From the human T2T-CHM13v2.0 reference genome, Homo sapiens, in NCBI RefSeq assembly GCF_009914755.1, contig NC_060934.1: 64,000 nucleotides of DNA; one strand, given 5' to 3'. The notes beneath the pieces were generated by a model. That model was not told the origin of the DNA and made no database searches. It saw only the letters and a program-made list of their open reading frames with translations. Position numbers and translations under genes: made by a program. This document shows positions 49,401 through 62,809 of the stretch, one piece after another (position 1 is the first letter of the stretch; the number at the start of each line of letters is the position of its first letter).

Positions 49401-49718
49401 AACGATCCATTTTCTGTTAAATGAATTTCACCTCAATACATTTTAAAAAATAATAAATGGGAAAATTAATGTAATTTTCTGTATTAACAGGCTGAATAAG
49501 AAAAATTATATTGTCTTTTCAAAAAATACTGTAAAAACAATAAAATTCATCCTCCATTCCCACTAAAAATTCACAGCATTCTAGGAATAGAAAAGAATGT
49601 CCCTACCTTAACAAAGGGCAACTACAAAAACTTACGGCTAACATCATACTTGAAGATAAGTGGGTAAATGCTTTCCCCCAAGACTGGAAAAAATGTCAAC
49701 AGTTCCTCTTGCACCACT

Positions 49719-50073
49719 TGTATTAGTGTGCTCTCACGCTGCTAATAAAGACATACCTGACACTGGCTAATTTATAAAGGAAAGAGGTTTAATGGACTCA
49801 CAGTTTCACATGGCTGCGGAAGCCTCATGGTCATGGTGGAAGGCGATGGAGGAGCAAAGTCACATCTCACATGGTGGTAGGTAAGAGAGCTTGTGCAGGG
49901 GAACTCCCATCTGTAAAACCATCAGATCTCGTGAGATTTATTCACTACTGTGAGAACAGTCTGGGGGAAACTGCCCCATGATTCAGTGATCTCCACCTGG
50001 CCCTGCCCTTGACATGTGGGGATTATTACAATTCAAGGAGAGAGTTGGGTGGGGACACAGCCAAACCATATCT
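49719..50073 (-). mobile_element. THE1-type solo LTR inserted in an old L1
   Basis: tgtattagt..gctgctaataaagacatacc...ggggacacagccaaaccatatct; perfect TSD ccact. Confidence 0.9.
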
Positions 50074-50887
50074 CCACTCCTATTCAATACTGTGCAGTAA
50101 GTCAAGAAAAAGAAATAAAAGGCAGGCAGATTGGAGAAGAAGAAATAAATCTGTTTTCATTCATAGGTTATATAATTATCTATATGGAAATCCCTACATA
50201 TTTACCCCCAAAAGCTACTGGAAACTAATAAATGGGTTTAGCAAGACTAGAATATAAAGTCAATGTACAAAAGGCAATTGTATTCCTATGTACCAGCAAT
50301 GAATAACTAAATAGGAAACTAGAATTTTTAAATAAAATTAAATGTTTAAAAAACATTTACAATAGCAACATATGAAGCACTTAGATATTAATTTAATAAA
50401 ATATATGCAGGATATGTCATGTTCATGGGTTGGAAAAGATTCTTGTTAGTGCATCAATTGTCCCCAGTTTTATCTATAAATTCAATGCTATTCTAATCAA
50501 TATCTTAGCAATCAGATATTGATCAAATAATTCTAAAATCTATGCAGAAAGGCAAAGGAACTAGAATGGTCAAAACAACTATGAAAAAGAACAAAGTTGT
50601 AGGACTCTCGTTACCTAATTTATTCCCGCTGCCCAATTTAAAGATGTAAACTGGGTAGCAAGAGTCCTTCAGCTTGAGGTACAGTAAAAAAGAGTATGAT
50701 TTTGGTGAAAGACAAAGACAAGTTAATGGGTCAGGATAGACAGCCCAGAAATAGACCCAGACAAATATACCTGTTTTTACATAGGTGCAGTAGCAACTTG
50801 ATGGACAAAGGGTAGTCTTTTCAACAAACAGTGCTGGGAAAATCGAGTGTCCACATGCAAAACAAATAAACCTTGACATATACGTCA

Positions 50888-51208
<321 letters not shown>

Positions 51209-51829
51209 TTAACAAGATAAAAGTAGGGAAGGCAGGAGACCTTTGAGCCCGAGAGTTTCTATCCTGAACTTTGATTGTAAGGATGTTTTAATTCAGGTGA
51301 CATTTGGACATACGTATGCAACTTTAACACTGAATTATGCCAACATTCATGACTTTTCTTTAAATTCTCTTAAGTTATTTAATATCGTATCACGTTTTTA
51401 CACAGAGTAGTTGAACTGTCTGACTTTTTTGCACTTTAATTTTACATTAATGGTTTTATTCTAGATTAGTTTCTCCATTTAAATTATCCAATGAAGATTT
51501 GGTTCCTTAGTTTTTTTGTGGGGGGTTCATATCCATTATTTTTAACTCATTATGACTTCTGCCAATGTGAATTTTCCTTTGTGGCCAATATTTCTTCCAA
51601 TCCTATATTTAAAGGAAAAGCTTTATTAGACAAATTAAATTTAACAGAGTTTAATTAGGCCAGAATAGGCTCAGAGAGACTGCAGTGGAGCCATGTGGTG
51701 GAAGATTTATGAACAGAAAAGAAATGTAGAGAAAATGAAAATGAGGTCTAGAAACAGCTGGATTGTTTACAGCTCTGTGTTTGCCGTATTTGAACACAGT
51801 TTGAACAGTTGCCTGCTCTCAATTTCTGT

Positions 51830-54800
51830 ACAGCCTCGTCACCGATGGTCTGCATACCACACTCTAGGGAGCACTGTGCTAGGCCATACAGTAAGTTCAG
51901 TAAACTGTACAAAATTTATATACACACCACATTCTCTGACAACAATGGAATTAAATTAGACATCAGTAAAAGTATAAACTAACAATCTTCATAAAATTAT
52001 TTTATTTTTAGCTGTGATATTGGCATTGTAAGTAGTTTGAGAGAGATTAGAGAGAGTAAGGTCTTAACTCTAAAGATGCAACAAAATTAACTGCATTTTG
52101 ACCATTGTTGAATTTGAGTGTTAGCTATGTGGGGGTGCTTTATCTTTCTCTCACTGTTTTTTCACATTTGAAATTTTCTCTAATTAAAAAATAATTTCTA
52201 TATATTTTGAAAAATACCCCATTTGCACATGAATCATGAATCAAGGGATGGAGATTAAGAAAGCACACAGAGCTCAGTGAATAATGGAACCGTTAAATAT
52301 CAGCACTTGGGGAAGCAGTAACAGAAGATCTTACAGGTAAATATATAATCATAAGTCCTTGTACTAAGAAAGACGGACTGAAAATTAATAAGCCAAATGT
52401 CCAACTGAAACTAAGCAGCATACTGGACCCAAAGAAGGGCAGAAATCATGAAATACAAAATAATGAGGAAATAGAGAGGAACACAACCAAGGCTTGCTAT
52501 TTGAAAAAGATTAATAAAGTAGAGAAACTGCTTCTGAGACTACTTAAGCACAAAAAAGCACAAATAAACAATGTTTGGGATGTCAAAGGAACATAATGAT
52601 AAATACAACCATGACTGTAAACATAAGACAATACTAAAACAAATTTATGTGAATAAATTTGACAGCTTACAAGAAATCACAATTCCTAGAAAAAATGTAG
52701 TTTTCGTAATCAATTCAAGAAGTGTAGAGCCTGACCAGTTATGCTACTCTTAAATACATTGAATTATTAATTCTAAATGTTTTCACAAGTAAAAATACCA
52801 TATGGTTTCAAAAGTGAGTTCTTCTAAAGCTGTTAGATCATTTCAATCTTACATAAACTCTTCAAAAGGATCAAATATGAATGAATGGTCATCAAATCAT
52901 TCTTTGGAGCCTGGATAATTTTGATATTCAACACAGAGAAAGACAGAAGAGAAAACTATGGGCCAGCCTCATACTGAACATAGATGCAAAAATCCAAAAC
53001 AACCTGTGAGTAAACCAAATGCAGCTGCCAGCCAGCCCTTCCTCTGGGTGCAAATCCGTCAATACATTAAAAAGACAAACTGTCAGGACCAAACTGTGTT
53101 TATTCCATACATTTATTCACCACTTTCACAAATTAAAGGGGAAAATCATCTGAACATTTCAAAAGAAGCATTTAGTACAATTCAACATCTATTATTAACT
53201 TAAAAATTCTTAGTAGACTAGAAATAAAAGGTAATTTCCTTAAACTCAAAAAGTATACCTATCAAAACCTTACAATAAACATCATTCATAAAGGGGCAAT
53301 GGCTACTGAGCGTCCTCTTAGAGAACTTCTGAGATGTTTCCCATTAAAATAAAAATCAAGGCAACAGTGTACTGAGGATCTGTTTGTGCAATAAGACAAG
53401 AAAAAGAAATTACAGGAATAAGGATTGAAAGATATAAAGCAAAACTCTCATTGGTCACAGACGACAGGATGGTCTACTGAGAAACCACAAAAGAATCTGC
53501 ACAGAAATTATTGGAAATAAGAGAGTTTAGGAAGGGGGCTGCCTCTAGGATCAATAAGCAAAAATCATTTGTATTGCTATACACTAGCAATAAATAGTTG
53601 GAAAACATAATTTATCAAGAACTCTGCTTAGAAAACTCAACGTTAACTAAGAGTAAGGTTAACAAAAATGTGTACAATTTACATGCGGAAAATTATAAAA
53701 TTTATTGAAAACATTTTAAAATGGCCTAAATAAATGGAAACAGATTCCACATCATGGATAGGAAAAATCAGTATTTTAAAGATATTTAATTCACAGAGTT
53801 TATGTGATTCTGATCAAAATCTCAAAAGACTTTTTGAGGAAATTTAACTAACTGAGTCTTAAAATTTGTATGCAAGGCACTCTTGAAATAAAAAACGGTG
53901 GTGGGACTCGAGGTATTGCTCCTCACAAGAGGGCATTAGCTGCAGGGGTGTGCCTGCAGACCCTGACCCAAACGATGGATGAATACAACGTACACTGACA
54001 CAGAGATATTCTGCTTTGCCAGTCCAGCTCGGTGTCCGACAGCCTACACACCAAGAGAGGTTTGTCACTGTGGCTGGCTCTGAGCAGCTTGCACTTCAGG
54101 CATTTATTTAGTATACGCTTAACAACAGAAGCTCTGAGTCAACACACTTGTGGATAATTAACATGGTTAAGACGGTAGTTCTATGAATGATTAAAGCTCA
54201 GGTACCACGGTTTAAATACCATTAGGGGGCAATTTCCCTGGTCAACCTCCTCCGCACCAAGAGGGCCATCTGGCTCAAAGGTTAGTTAATGGAGGTAGGG
54301 TAAACAGACTTAACTGGGGAAGCCTCTATTGTCCCTAGTATTTACCCTATGACCTAATGCTCTAAGGTAAGAACCCGCTGCCTTCAGCCTGTTCAATTAT
54401 TACAAGCTATGTAACCTTTCAGCCTTCCAAAAAGGTTTGTGACTATTCCCTATAACTTTCCCTAATATGTCCCTTTAATATTTCTGCCACCATCCTGAGT
54501 GAATCACCACAGGACTTGCACTATTTGATATCAATACTACTATAAAGCTATAATAATTAAAATGCTATGGCATTGGACCAGGGAGAGACAGGCCTCTGAT
54601 GCATCCCCTGTGTAAGAACTTTGTCTTGTTTTGGAAGATGATTTGGGGATCAGAGACAGGATCCTGGGACAATTCATATCTATATGGGAAAACAAACTTC
54701 CTTAGTCCTTACTATGTACAAAAATAAATTCTACATAGATTTAGGGCATAAATGGGAACAGTAAAACCTTATAAATAAGCAGTTATCTTTATCATCTTTC

Positions 54801-55690
54801 TGGCTAGGAAAGGATTTTTCTTTTTGAGACATGGTCTCACTCCAACACCCAGGCTGGAAGAAGGGATTTTTTTAAGCTCAGAAAGTGCTAATCCAAAAAT
54901 GCAAGACTGATAACTTGAGAACATCTGTTGATAAAAAGAATGCCATAAATAGTATAGAAAAGTAACCTAAAGAATGGAAAAAATTATTGCAACACATAGA
55001 ACTGAGGACGGATCAGAATAAAGCATTCCTGCAAACAATGAGAGACCAAAACCCCAAGGGAAGAGGAGAGCAAAATACATAAAATACTTGAGTAGGCATT
55101 TCAGAGAAAAGTATGTATAATTTTGACAAGACAGAGATAGAGAGGGAGAGAAAGTTTCTCTACTTTATAATCAGGGAAATGCAAAATGGGACCACAGTTA
55201 AATATCATTTTATATTGACTAAATCGGAAAATATTAAGAAATTTATTAGTACATACTGTTGGGAATAACAGGAACACTTAGACACCACTGGACGCAGGTA
55301 AATGGTTCAAATACTTGGAAAACAATCTGGTTCCATGTATATTAGGTTGCCCAGGTATACACTTGGCCTAGAGATATTCTTACACAGTGCTCCAGGAATC
55401 ATGTTCAAAAATGTTCCTAGTCTGCAGTAGCAAAACCTTGGGAATAATCGGACAGGACAGTGGTTAAACAAAGTGCCACATATTCGTATCTGTGGAGTCA
55501 CAAAGTCGAGGAACTGCAGCAACACCTCACTACGTGGTAACGAAAAACGATGAGCAAAAAAATTCAAGCCTCCGGGAATATAAATGTTATGAAATCCCTT
55601 TAAAAATCCAATTACACAGTATAAAAAAGAAAATCACAGGGAACATTCAAAGCAAAATTCGGGACAGCGGCTACCTCTGGAGGGAGGCAG
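51830..55690 (+). mobile_element. Highly degenerate old L1M ORF2/3' region
   Basis: Scattered ORF2 motifs (catagatgcaaaaatcc, ggtcacagacgacaggatggtctac, atcagggaaatgcaaa); boundaries approximate. Confidence 0.55.
53909..54511 (-). mobile_element. LTR22-like (HML-5) solo LTR
   Basis: 603-bp insert with perfect TSD ggact; gcagaccctgacccaaacgatggatgaa motif; terminal CA; antisense AATAAA at about 54103. Confidence 0.75.
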
Positions 55691-55844
55691 TTGGATGTGA
55701 GAGCTTCTGGTAGACGCAGCTTGAATGAGATGTTGTTTGGGGTTGGGAGTGGGCTGCCTGGGGTTCATACGTCACCACACTTGATAATTTACAGAAGCCT
55801 TTCACACGTTTTTTCCTGTGTCTCAAACGGGGTACCAGGAGGCT

Positions 55845-56150
55845 CAGGGAAACGGCGCAGGCGCCTCCCCGGTGGCTTCTCTCTGGCGCCCTCTGGTGGG
55901 CGGGGCCCGGGTGAGCGGGGTCCCCTCGGGGCCTCAGGGAGCCGCAGCCCCAGCGGAACCAGGAGGGCGCCCTCCGCCCAGCCGCGCTGCCACTTCCGGG
56001 TTGTTTGCTCCCGGAGCCATAACCGCAGCTCAGCGTGCGGGCAGAGCCGGCTGACAGGAGACAGGACACAGCACAGAGCCCCGCGCCCTCTGAGGCGGGA
56101 GGCTTCGTTCCTGCACCAGCGTGGCTTGCCCTTTGGACGCGGCGAGGTTG
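55845..56150 (+). promoter_or_regulatory. Small CpG island, candidate upstream promoter
   Basis: CpG-dense island in AT-rich L1 DNA; NRF1-like gcgcaggcgc (about 55855), GC box gggcgggg (about 55898), ETS cacttccggg (55991). Confidence 0.72.
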
Positions 56151-57128
56151 TGTGTTCTCTGCTTTTGTTTTACTTGGAACAGATGTTTGGCTTTTGTCAA
56201 GGTCGTTATTTCCAGTGAAGTATGGCATCGAACATCAGATAGTTGCCCACACAAATGTCTGTTTTAAGGTTCTCAACCTTTTGACAATACAAAACAAGAG
56301 GAAGTTTCCAGGGGAAAGCCCTCAAATCAGCCATTCTGAGCATGTTTTCAGCCCCATCCGTACTCTCCTCCCTTCTTATCCAGAGCCTTTTGGGTGCCCA
56401 GAAGAGTAATATTCTTCTGCCTCGTAGCTCTGTGGTCCAAGGGTTTATGGCTACTGATTATCCTCCTAGAGCACTTCTGAGATGTTTTATGCTTTCTACT
56501 TGTGAGTGTGAAGGGAGGAGAGGCAAGTTTGCTGTCAGTCTGACAACATGTTTTTGCCACGTGATCTGCCACTGAAGAGAAGTTGGCTATGGAGGGAGGT
56601 CAAGTAGCCCAGGGAGGTGGGCATTCCAAGTGTACCTCCTCGTGCAGCCCACCCTCTCCACATAAAATTGGGTCCTGATTTTATGTGGAAGATGTTGTGT
56701 GTCTAGGAGCAGGAATCCATGGAAGACAAGATATGATATAGAAGAAACAGGCGAAGGGACTGGTACAGCATATATTTGAGGGCAAATAATCACTCGATAG
56801 GTGGCTGAAAATGTGAATGCCTTCGATAAAAATTAATTTGTAAAACAAGTATATTTGAACAAATTTAAAACTAATATTCTAAAACTAAAATTCCTGAGAT
56901 TTGGGGTAGAGTGTATATTGCAAGAGAAGTAGAGAAGAACAGTATGCTAAGGTCCCTTCTTGTTCAGATCAGAAGATATTGACAAATTATTCAAGTGAAT
57001 AAAAAAACTATAGGTCTATATGTGTTTTCAGATTCAAGGGTAACCACCGGTAGAATAACAACAGGAGTCCAAATCATCAAGCAAAAAGAACAAACAAAAA
57101 ATGATCAATCCGAACATAGGGAAAGGAA

Positions 57129-57221
57129 ACACACATACACACATACATATACATACATACACACATGCACACACACACATGCACACACATACACACGCAT
57201 ACACACACACATACATTCACA
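57129..57221. repeat. Imperfect (CA/TA)n microsatellite
   Basis: acacacatacacacatacatatac... Confidence 0.9.
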
Positions 57222-57623
57222 TCGTAACAGCCAAATTTAGTAATCGTGATAAATATGACCGTTTAATTCTATAAAAAGGAAAAACTTTCCGTTTATGTCA
57301 AAGCTATAGAATGTTTACAGGACACCTATCAAGAACAAAAATAACATAAAGATACTTTAAATATTATGATGAGCAAAGATAGACCAGGGAAATACTACGA
57401 AAAGCAAACACATGTAGCAACAGTTATCAGGGGAGTCAAAAAGATGTTTATATAACAGTAAAAGATACAATTAGAAGATTAATTGCCAATTTTAATACAT
57501 ATTAACATATCTGAGTAGATTTTTAAAATAAAAGATAATGTAATAAAACACGATTCTAGTCAGAGAAATCAAGGCACCTTACCTAGAAATGACAAGATCA
57601 CATAGATCTTTTCTAAAGGCGAC

Positions 57624-57907
<284 letters not shown>

Positions 57908-59257
57908 ATAATGGTGACTTTTAAATTAAAAATAATTGATGGGGAAGGTCTTTTAGAAAACATTGTCTAAATTCCAAAGGCCATAAAGGAAAAGTCTGAA
58001 AAGTTTAACTGTATAAAAATCTAATTTTCTACATGGGAAATCAAACAAGAGACTGGGAGGAACTTCCAAACCATCAAACATGAAAACAACTACTATTTAT
58101 TTGATAGACAAAGAGTCCTTAAAATCTGAGAGGAAATATGTAAAATCCCAATATGAAAAGGGAAGGAATTGTTTCATTAAAAAAGAAATTCAAATAAATA
58201 ATCAGTAGATGAAAAGATGCTCTACTTCTTTATTGACCAGAGAAATGCAAATTAAAGTAATGACATATGAATTTTCAGTTATCGGTGACTGGCAGTATCT
58301 AGTGTTGGAGCAGATGTGTAGAAATTGGCTCTCCCATCCTACTGTGGGGGGTTTTAAGTGTTTCAACCTTTTGAGGAAGCAGTTTTATATACCTATTAAC
58401 ATTGTAAATCCACATATCCAGTGACCTAACCGTCCCACTCCCACAAAACTGACTTACAGAGATAGGTGCATGTCTGAACAAAGATACATCTACAGGGCAC
58501 CATTGTGGCACCTTTTGTAACATAAATAGTTGGGGAAACCATTTGAATTGTTCATCAACTCAAAATAGACAAATTGTGAAATACAAAATGTAGTATGTGT
58601 GTGTATGTTTATATAAATTGTTTTTGAAGTTTGGAAGAATACACAGAATACTTACAACCATAGTATGGTACACACTATTGATTAGTAATCAATCCCATTC
58701 CTAATTCCCTTAATATTTTGACACATTCACTTAAAAAGTCTTTCCACTTTCCAGCCCCTCTTGCACAGAGGAGTGGTGACATTCTAACCAAGAATTTAAA
58801 AAATCTCAGATTTTCTGGAAGTTTCTTGGAAAGCTCTCATTTTCCTGATAAATAGGATAGACAAGAGAAGCACTTCTAGAATGGCAGGATAAGAAGCTCT
58901 GAAAATCTGTTCCTCCAGAACTGCAATGTGAACACCAGCTAAAGTGTTGAAAAATGAATGGAGCCTCAGAGACCTTTGGGACATCATCAAGGGTATCTAA
59001 CAGGTACAATGGGAATCACAGAAAGAGAGAAAATAAGGGGACAAAAATACTATTTGAAGAAATAATGGGTGTAAATTCCCCAAATTTGATGAAAAAGATC
59101 CATCTACATATCCAAAAGCTTAATAAATGAATATTCATTTATTGTCATTTATTCATTTATTCTCAAAATAGAATAAATGAAAGGAGAGCCATACCTGCAC
59201 ACACTGTAGTCAAACAATCAAAGGGAAACTGGGAGTCCTGGAAGCAGCAAGAGTGAG

Positions 59258-59560
59258 ATGAGTCGTCAGGTAAATCAGCCCTCGATAAAATAGCAGGAAC
59301 CTGTTCACCCAAAACTGAAATGAGTCGTCAGGTAAATCAGCCCTTGATAAAACAGCAGGAACCTGTTCACCCAAAACCAAAATGAGTTGTCAGGTAAATC
59401 AGACCTTGATAAAATAGCAGCGCCTGTTCACCCGAAACCGAAATGAGTCATCAGGTAAATCAGCCCTGGATAAAATAGCAGGAACCTGTTCCGCCGAAAC
59501 CAAATGAGTCGTCAGGTAAATCAGCCCTTGATAAAATAACAGCACTTGTTGACCAGAAGC
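59258..59560. repeat. About 61-bp tandem repeat, 5 copies, within an old L1 ORF1 relic
   Basis: atgagtcgtcaggtaaatcagccc..gataaaatagcaggaacctgttcacccaaaac.. starting at 59258, 59320, 59382, 59443, 59504. Confidence 0.92.
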
Positions 59561-59661
59561 CATGGGACCAGCAGGCAGTGAGATGACACAGTCAGGGCAC
59601 TGAAGAAAAACACTGCTAACCAAGAATTCTATATCCAGAAAACATTCTTCCAAAAAGAGAG

Positions 59662-59703
59662 AAGTATTACAGCTCTTTAGAATTTGTCTAGCAGGTTTTC
59701 TGG
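59662..59703 (+). pseudogene. U7 snRNA retrocopy (3' stem damaged)
   Basis: aagtattacagctctttagaatttgtctagcaggttttctgg: histone-downstream-element pairing region, U7-specific Sm site AATTTGTCTAG and 5' arm of the stem. Confidence 0.88.
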
Positions 59704-59744
59704 TACCCTCCCCCATTAATTTATTAATTAAAATTTAAAATATG

Positions 59745-59770
59745 TCAGCCTTTTGGCTAAGATCAAATGT
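59745..59770 (+). pseudogene. U2 snRNA 5' fragment (about nt 9-34)
   Basis: tcagccttttggctaagatcaaatgt versus U2 TCGGCCTTTTGGCTAAGATCAAGTGT, 24/26 identical. Confidence 0.8.
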
Positions 59771-60714
59771 CAAAAAGAAAGAGAAATTAAGACATTCTTG
59801 GATAAACAACACCGAGAGAATTCACAAGCCTGTCATAAGAAATACTAAAGGAAGTCTCTTGGGTCAAAGTCAAAGAACACTAGTAACTCAAATGCACATT
59901 ATACACAGAATTAAAGTAAGTGCCAAAAAGTATTTTAGTAGGTACAAAATTAAAACTGCAAATAATAAAAAGAGAATTAGCAGAATCTTTCCTTCTCAAT
60001 GGGGTTTAAAATATGGAAGCTGCCTTTGTAGGGTGAATTTGGGACTTGCAGTTTCCACTTCACCCACTTTTGTGTTGTTTGCATTCGTTAAAAGGAGATA
60101 TTTTACTTCCCCAATTAAAATTATCTTTCTAATCTTTATAAACAATTATTTAATTCCAGTAAATCTTCTCTATATTGCTTTACTAGTGAGTTCTATTAAA
60201 ATTTTGAAGCACAGAAAATTCCCCTACAGTATAAAGTATCCCCAGTCACAGAGAAGACAGGGGTTTTGCAATGATTTCTAGAATAGTGCAATTTTTATGC
60301 AAGAACCTAATATAACACAAAAATTATAGCCCGATTTTATTTGTGGGTATAGATGCAAAATTACTAAAAATACTATTAACAAGTTGAATCCTTAGGGTGT
60401 TAAAAGAGTATCACTCCATGAACGAGTTGGTTGTGATGTGGAACTATGAGGTACTTTTATGATACAATATAAAAATTTATGGTAATTTTATGGTACATTG
60501 TGAGACAGTGTTTTCTTCTAGCATCATACTAGCAGGTCTATGGAGAAAAATCACAGGATTGTCTCAATCAAAAAAAGATTTCATTAACCCAACTCTCATC
60601 CCTGATAAACACTGTTAGTTATCTAGAGAAAGAAGAAAATTGTCCCAATACAGTCACCTCTTTGCCACACCCAGCCAACAGCAGACGTGATGGAAGCCTG
60701 AAGAACACCCTGCC

Positions 60715-60996
60715 ACGGGCACAGGCAGAGGCACAGGCACCCTGTCGTCCTGATTATTTCACCTTGTCACGGGCAGAGGCACAGGCACCCTGTCGTCCTG
60801 ATTATTTCACCTTGTCACGGACAGAGGCACAGGCACCCTGTCGTCCTGATTATTTCACCTTGTCACAGGCACAGGCACCCTGTCGTCCTGATTATTTCAC
60901 CTTGTCACAGGCACAGGCACTCTGTCGTCCTGATTATTTCACCTTGTCACGGGCAGAGGCACAGGCACTCTGTCATCCTGATTATTTCACCTTGTC
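60715..60996. repeat. CYP2E1 5'-flank VNTR, six 42/48-bp units (CYP2E1*1C-type length)
   Basis: Core tgattatttcaccttgtc at 60751, 60799, 60847, 60889, 60931, 60979 (spacings 48, 48, 42, 42, 48). Confidence 0.93.
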
Positions 60997-62809
60997 CTAG
61001 AGTGTCCTGCCAATGGGACAGATGCAAAACAAATAAAAGCCCCGGCTTCTGAAAAGAAGCACACAGAAATGTCATTATTTTCAAACGAGGTGTTCCCGTA
61101 TATAAAATTTGATGTTGGTTGGGCATCTAACAGTATTATGGCCAGAGGACTCAGACCACAGCTGCATCCCTGTGAGGCACAGACTCTCCAGGGCACGCGG
61201 GTCCCGCCTGGGATGTGCACACTCAGGTGAGCTGCACAGACAAGGTGTCCTCAGCCCAGGGGAGCCAGAGGCCTGCTCTGCCTCTCCACCCTGATGCTTC
61301 CTGTTCTCACCCCACCAAAGCCAAGGCTTCAATTTCAGTCTGTGGGGAGCTGACTCTGCTGCTCTCAAGCACTAGAAGAAGGAACCAGTAATCGAGGAAA
61401 CTTGTGGACCCCAATGGGTGTCTGTCCCGGCCAGGCCTGGCTGGGCCCACACAGGACAACAGGGTTCAGGGGTCTGGACAGCTGTTTCTGCCCAGGGAAT
61501 TGTCCCTGCCACCTCACACTGGCCACTGGAAAGGAAAGAGAGGAGGAGGCGGCAGGCTAACCCACCCGTGAGCCAGTCGAGTCTACATTGTCAGTTCTCA
61601 CCTCGAGGGGTGCCAAAAACCAGAGGGAAGCAAAGGCCCCTGAAGCCTCTGCCAGAGGCCAACGCCCCTTCTTGGTTCAGGAGAGGTGCAGTGTTAGGTG
61701 CAGCACAACCAATGACTTGCTTATGTGGCTAATAAATTGTCAAGAGAAAAACTGGGTTAGAATGCAATATATAGTATGTAGTCTCATTTTTGTATAAATA
61801 CAAGTATAGAATGGCATAACTCAAAATCCACAAGTGATTTGGCTGGATTGTAAATGACTTTTATTTTCTTCATTTCTCATCATATTTTCTATTATACATA
61901 AAGATTCATTGTTAATATAAAAGTACAAAATTGCAACCTATGAATTAAGAACTTCTATATATTGCCAGTTAGAAGACAGAATGAAAAACATTCTCTTCAT
62001 TCTAACCACACACACAAAAAAGCTCCACAAAATACCTATGGACTACCTTCATAGAAGGTGGAAGAGGGTCTGTATGAAGAAAATAATTAATACATGAAAG
62101 AAGAAGCTAGTCAATGTGGAGCTCTATTGTGTCCCGGGATCAACAAAGACAAGATATCTTTAAAATCGTCTTCTAAATTTACCCTAATGTAAAACAAATC
62201 CAATAAAACTCTAATGTAATTTTTTAAGAATTTAAATTTGGAATAATTCCAAAGAACAATTTTTCTTAATTTTCTACAGCCAGAATATATACCTTTAAAA
62301 AAAATGAAAACAGAGATTAACTTTCTCAGAATTGGTTGACTCACTCTTTCCTTTTATTTTTCTTCCATGGAATTTTCCAGTTAACTTGAGAAAGTGGAAT
62401 CGAATTCCGATGTTGAATTTTCCTTCTGGCCCCATTCATGTGGCAGGTGGTGATTCAGGTACTACTGGGGGCTGCTCAGACAAACCTCCTCATCAGACAT
62501 CAAGAGGCTGTTGCACCAGGAGGGCCGGTACCGTGTCTAGAGGTGGTCGGCATGGGGTTGGAGTTGTATTACATAAACCCTACTCCAAACAAATGCATGG
62601 GGATGTGGCTGGAGTTCCCCGTTGTCTAACCAGTGCCAAAGGGCAGGTCGGTACCTCACCCCACGTTCTTAACTATGGGTTGGCAACATGTTCCTGGATG
62701 TGTTTGCTGGCACAGTGACAGGTGCTAGCAACCAGGGTGTTGACACAGTCCAACTCCATCCTCACCAGGTCACTGGCTGGAACCCCTGGGGGCCACCATT
62801 GCGGGAATC

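Noticed and set aside
51610-51815. Possible ERV1-type LTR fragment (similar hint at about 4850-5135)
   Set aside because: It looks LTR-like, but I cannot fix the family or boundaries without a repeat search
59742-60281. 179-aa ATG ORF upstream of CYP2E1
   Set aside because: It begins in the U2 fragment and runs through an L1 relic and AT-rich DNA; no recognisable homology
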